From: Azolla caroliniana
Taxonomy: Eukaryota; Plantae; Polypodiophyta
Length of the DNA: 64,000 nt
Direction: 5' to 3'
NCBI GenBank assembly: GCA_043228905.1
Contig: JBHGNT010000011.1
Location: 1,240,001-1,304,000 of the forward strand
The stretch's first letter is position 1. Each line of letters starts with the position of its first letter. The notes under the pieces were generated by a model. It searched no databases and had not been told where the DNA came from. It saw only the letters and a list, made by a program, of their open reading frames with translations. A program made the position numbers and the translations under genes. Shown piece by piece: positions 59,100 through 64,000 of this stretch.

Positions 59100-61770
59100 T
59101 GTTCTTGTTTCTTAATAAAATAGTGTTTGTTAATGTGTACATTGATTGTCAGTTTTACTTATTGCAACTTTCAGTTTTAGTGTCTGTTCAATGTGCATAA
59201 TGACGATTATACTATCTGGAATACATTTTGGCAATGGTTTGTTTACTCTCAAGTGAACCATGTACAAGTTCAAACAGTTTGCCATTCTGAGAACAACCAA
59301 CAACATGAAATCAGAAATCAATGACCTGTTTTAAAATTTACGCAATAGATAAATTACTCAAAACAAGCTATTTAATTCTTCATTGATTAATCCCGTCATC
59401 AAATTACATATTTATAATACACCATTGGCAATGTCTACAAAGCGCCTATAAGCAACTAAGCTCTTGTTGGTCAGTGGAACTTCTCTACATATGTGATCTG
59501 CATACTGAGCTCAGTATGGTGTCCATAACCATGTAGTGAGTTGGTAGCTCAATGTTTTCACCAAGTAGTTATCAAGAATTTCCTCGGGTACAATGAGACA
59601 GCATCTGCGAAGGTTGTAGTAATGCCGGAAATGTTCTGTATCCACAATCAATGTATTGTCGGCATTATATTCGAGCCAGGTATGCGAAAAATCAGAAAGT
59701 CTTTTGAATCTTGCAATATATTGTGGCTCACATCTTTCTCATGTCCACTGACCCTTGAAATGTTGTCACCACTTGGGAAGAATCTTTCTACACACTTCCA
59801 CACATCTTAACGAGGTTTTTCACTCCAAATAAACTGTAAAAGAATACGTGCGGAAGCTTAACAGACACCATCGGGTAACAACCGATAAAAGACACGAGAC
59901 AAGGAAAATAAGGAAGGTTTAATGGAAAGCTTAATCAACACAGAGTGCGCAAGAGAGACAGAGAGAGCAGAACACAGAAAAATCTATTCCAAAATAATAC
60001 TCTACAAACCTGTACATAGGTTGTGCTCAAAGAGCATTTTTATACAAGTCCATACGGACTGACAGAAGTACTGACTCATACTTCAATGCTCATCAATGAG
60101 TCCCTACACTAACTCCCAAAATATATTCCTCCACGGAATATCCATCCAACGGCCTCCCGGTTTACGCACTGCTACGGCCTCTTGTTGTGCACCCGGTTTA
60201 CGCACCCAGATTACGCACCAGATTACGCACCCAATGTTGAGCTTGTATCTCAACACTCCCCCTCAAGCTCAACTTGAGGTTCCGCCTGCTCTTCCGGATC
60301 TTCGGTCCGACTTCTCTTGGCTTCACGCCTCGCTCGTGCTCCTCGGCCCGTTCAATTCCGCACGCCTCGACCTTTTCGTGCGGCTTGTCTGCTCGTGCGG
60401 CCATTCTCAGCTCCCTTGATGTCGCGGTGTTGGCGTCTCTTCTACTACCCTTTCCTCCGCTTGGCCTTCAGTTGATTCGGTGTCTCTGAATCGAACATTC
60501 GAACTGAATCAGCTGTCTCCGATTCGTTTTCTGTCTTCAAGCCCTTAACCACATCACACCATGTCTTGGTCTTGGCCATCTCACCCTTCTTGGCTTCATC
60601 TCCCCCTTGTTCGGTTGACTCCGGCTCTTCCTTTCGATTGCAGCCCTTATTTCTGCCTTCGGCTTCTTCAGTCGACCCGAAATCGAATTCTTCATCCAAC
60701 TCAGCCTCGCTGACACAACCGCTCCATTCATGCTCCCTTTCCTTGTCTTTTCTCCCCCCTCAAGTTCGACACGTCGAGGCGCCACAATCCAAGTGCACAT
60801 GAGAATTGCCACAACTTGTCGAGGCCAAGGGGCTTGGTGAAGATGTCAGCATTTTGCCGATCCGTCGAAACATACACTAGTTCGACTTCACCAGAGAGGA
60901 CACGCTCGCGGACAAAAAGGTAGCGCACCTCAATGTGCTTGGTCTAGGCATGGAAGAAGGGGTTTTTCACAAGTTGGATGTTGCTGAGGTTGTTGCAGTA
61001 GATGGTCGTCGAAGCGAACACCTCCACCTGTAGATCCTTGAGTAGCCTCTTGAGCCAAATGGCTTCGCATGTTGCGACAACCGTTCCTCGACACCCAGCC
61101 TCTGTGCTCAACAGTGCCACGGACATAGCACAATCTCCTTTGCACGCACTAAAGGTGTTCGGCTGTGGGCTACGACATAAATTGACTAACTACGCCGACC
61201 GGGTAACTGAGATCCGACCGAGTGATCGTCAAATAAATTAGGCTTCCGAAAATCTAGCTAATCAATGTCTCACCTATATCATCAACAGTTGCTGGGAGTC
61301 GGCAATTGCATTATCAATTTCCATGCTCCAGAATCTTGCCATCTTTTGTTGCAAGCTCCCCATCTTTCGGCATCGTTCTATCGACGCCTCACCTGCACTA
61401 GCCCAAGCTACCTTGTACATTTCAAGGTCCGTTGCTTCCTTCGTTGTTTTGCAATACTCGTATGCAAAAGCTCTAGCGAATGCATCAAACAACTCGATGT
61501 GGACCGGGATCTCTTGATGAACTTTCTGGTGGAGCCGCATGCAGTCGTCATACAGCTCCAGTTGTACATGCTTCAGCTTCACCATGCCCTTCATTCTGGG
61601 CACTTTATAAACTGACAACCAGTCTACATCACTAATCAATTTATTTGTTAGAACAGCAGGGTTAATGCCCTCTAGTGACAGACCATATATGTTGTTAAAG
61701 TTCTCCTTTGTCTTGCAAAACTTTGCAAAGTTTAGCACTCTAGGATATGGAGGAACGAGCCACCTAAAAT
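59100..61770 (-). pseudogene. Second, convergent transposon-borne gene split by a copia insertion (weakly Ulp1-protease-like)
   Basis: Open exon 61274-~61765 after a TTTTTTATTTTAG acceptor; decayed continuation 59100-59834 with EEILDNYL and YVILM...F*VIYL...LISDFM. Confidence 0.4.
59835..61250 (-). mobile_element. Copia family-A-related 3' end (3' LTR 59835-60255, PPT, extension, RNase H/RT remnants)
   Basis: TGTAAAA...CTCAACA LTR on + strand; CTCCCCCTCAAGCT; [19 protein letters not shown]. Confidence 0.88.
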
Positions 61771-62919
61771 AAAAAATCAATACATGTTACCTCTGCTCTA
61801 CTAGGACATGTGTATTTAGAATCATAATTGGTAGGGAAGAATAAAAAATAAAAAATCAGGCACATGCATCAAAATCCTAAATCAAGTTTAGGGGAAGTTT
61901 GTAGACACACACAGCCATTGAAATAAAAAATGTGAATTGGTGCAAAATTTCAACCCTAAATCTGAAATTTTCAACTGTAATAAAAAATCAACTGTTTAAA
62001 AAAATAAAAAACCTTAATAAGAAACCCTAATCAGAAATCAACTGCTTAAAGTAATCAAAAACTCTAATATGAAATATGTATTAAATCAACCCTAATCAGA
62101 TTTTTTGTCAATTAGAAACACACCTGCTGCAACACCCCAATCTTCGAGACATCCTTGTCTGGGACTCCAACGACTTCACCCTAATCGTTTTTTATAAAAA
62201 ATGAATAGGCAAGACACTTACAATTATCAAAAAGGAAAAAATTAACAATAATTTAATGCATGTAATGTGTAACTGATACATACCTGGACGAGGATCGAAA
62301 TGGTGGTGTGTTGGTGATTTGAAGGTGCAATCTCGATATCAGAGTTTGTGTGCCACTATGGGAGTTTCGTCTGCTTGACTTGGTACACACACTCTCCCAT
62401 GGAGGCCTACCTAGTACTACAAAGCCTTGCCCTTTCCTGGCCGAAAACCCCACCCATGATTTCCATGCCGAGCCTACCTAAATAAGAGTACGTGACCTTC
62501 GTGCTCAGAGTACTCCATCTGTTTCGATCTTGAACTCAAACTCAGGATTAGCTGGACTTTAATGACATTCAAGTCGAGTTTAGATGAGGGAACTATTCCC
62601 CAGGTTCCACTACGTTAGAAACCAAAGTTCAAAATTTTGAGTATTCCCATAAATGACCTATTCACCATAATAAATGACATGTAATAAAGCAAACTTTTGA
62701 GTAATAAAGCAAAAACATTTCATGAATGATCCAAGTATGATTTCCCCATGAAAAATTAGTTAAACAAATAGCTAAATAGCTATGGCCATTTTATCAACTA
62801 ATTAATTATAATAGTGTTTCCATTGCCATGCTTTTACCCATATGTAAATAAATTTATAATAAGGAAAAGTGAATGGCCTAGTGGTTAGTAGGGCCTGTCA
62901 TAAGTAGGGCCTCAATGAC

Positions 62920-64000
62920 ATATTGGTTATGTGTACTACCGTAAGTAGGGCCTCTACCTAGAAGCCATTCGATAGTCCAAAGTGTTGGAGCATAGCTACA
63001 ATTCGTTCCTGAATTGTCTGATTCATCCTTTCGGCAAATTCTGTTTTGCTCCGGACTATGGGTGGGGTGTTGTATATTCACTTCAGATGTTGCACTACCA
63101 ACAAAATCTGACAAATTCTTTAGACTTAAACTCTCCATCGTTGTCAGTTTGAAGGCATTTCAACTTTCGGCCGAACAAGTTCTCTACCATGGCGAGCCAT
63201 TGGGAAAAGATTGAGAACACTCGATCTTTGGTTCTGATAGGGTATGTCCACACCTTTCGATTTGAATCGTCGATGAAGTTGACGAAGTAGGAGGCTCCAC
63301 CAAGTGGCTGAAGTGGCATTGGGCCATAGACGTCTAAATGGACCAAATCGAGCAGACTCGATTCTGTTGGTGTTGTCGTGGGGTGTGAAGCGGCTGTCCG
63401 TTTGCCACATGGGCAATGCTCACAAAATTGACTATCCATAAAGGAGTGTTTGGGGATGTATTCAGCTCTACATAAATGCGTGATGTTGGCCTTGCTAAGG
63501 TGTTTGAGTCATCCTGCCATAACGATGACAGGGGGAATATCGACTAGAAACAAGTCACCCTCTCTGAGTGGGTCATATAGTGGGTACAGGGAATGTACTT
63601 TCAAACCTTGAGCAAGTAGGAGATTACCTCTATGGAGTGTCCACCCTCCTTATGAGAAGCGGGCACGGATTCCTTCTCCATCGAGTTGTCCAGCCGAGAT
63701 CAACGGACATTATGTAGTACCAATGTGGAGTCACCCGGAAGGTTAAGCACTATTGTGCCGATTCTGATTATAGCACAATGCTGTGAATTTCCGACTCGAA
63801 CTAAGGCGGAATGTTGGGTTGAATATTGTTGAAATTGGGATCGATGAGGAGTCACGTGGTAGGATGTACCCGAATCCAAGAGCCATGTGCTCGATTTCTC
63901 AGTCTTAAGCAGAACTTCTGATTAAACTGAGTGTTCTATGAACAAAATATTTGGGTCCACTGTCAGTACTTCGGCTGAAGAGCCGATGTAGTTGACCTCC
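62920..64000 (-). pseudogene. Decayed copia protease/integrase fragment
   Basis: WLLDSGTSYHVTP near 63860; LDLVHLDVYGP, FIDDSNRKVW, QTDNDGEF. Confidence 0.82.

Larger units (their letters stand above)
47741..62839 (+). mobile_element. Sola2-like DNA transposon with nested retroelements
   Basis: 25-bp TIRs with 21/25 match (AGGTGAAAGCATGGGAGTGGAAACA / TGTTTCCATTGCCATGCTTTTACCC); ATAT on both flanks; TAGCTA motifs near both ends; internal transposase. Confidence 0.72.

Overview
Eukaryotic, TE-dense heterochromatin-like DNA, probably from a seedless land plant (inferred from the element types, not established). Most of the window is nested retroelements: several Ty1/copia copies (Met-i PBS), a chromodomain Ty3/gypsy, a group of tRNA-Trp-primed gypsy elements and solo LTRs, an Asp-primed Athila-like element, and RTE-X-like LINEs with a probable partner SINE. 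A ~15 kb Sola2-like DNA transposon (47741-62839) carries TIRs, a 4-bp TSD, a decayed transposase and a second convergent gene. One candidate host gene (small TM/Cys/Pro-rich protein, 43489-43893) is present. Most notable: (1) three diverged gypsy-type LTRs keep an antisense tRNA-like A-box/B-box module at identical 43-nt spacing; (2) all six Trp-primed-group insertions sit at 4-bp target sites with a central CG or its deamination product; (3) a young gag-only LTR element with an open 601-aa ORF. All calls were made by eye, with no database searches; family names and breakpoint coordinates are approximate.
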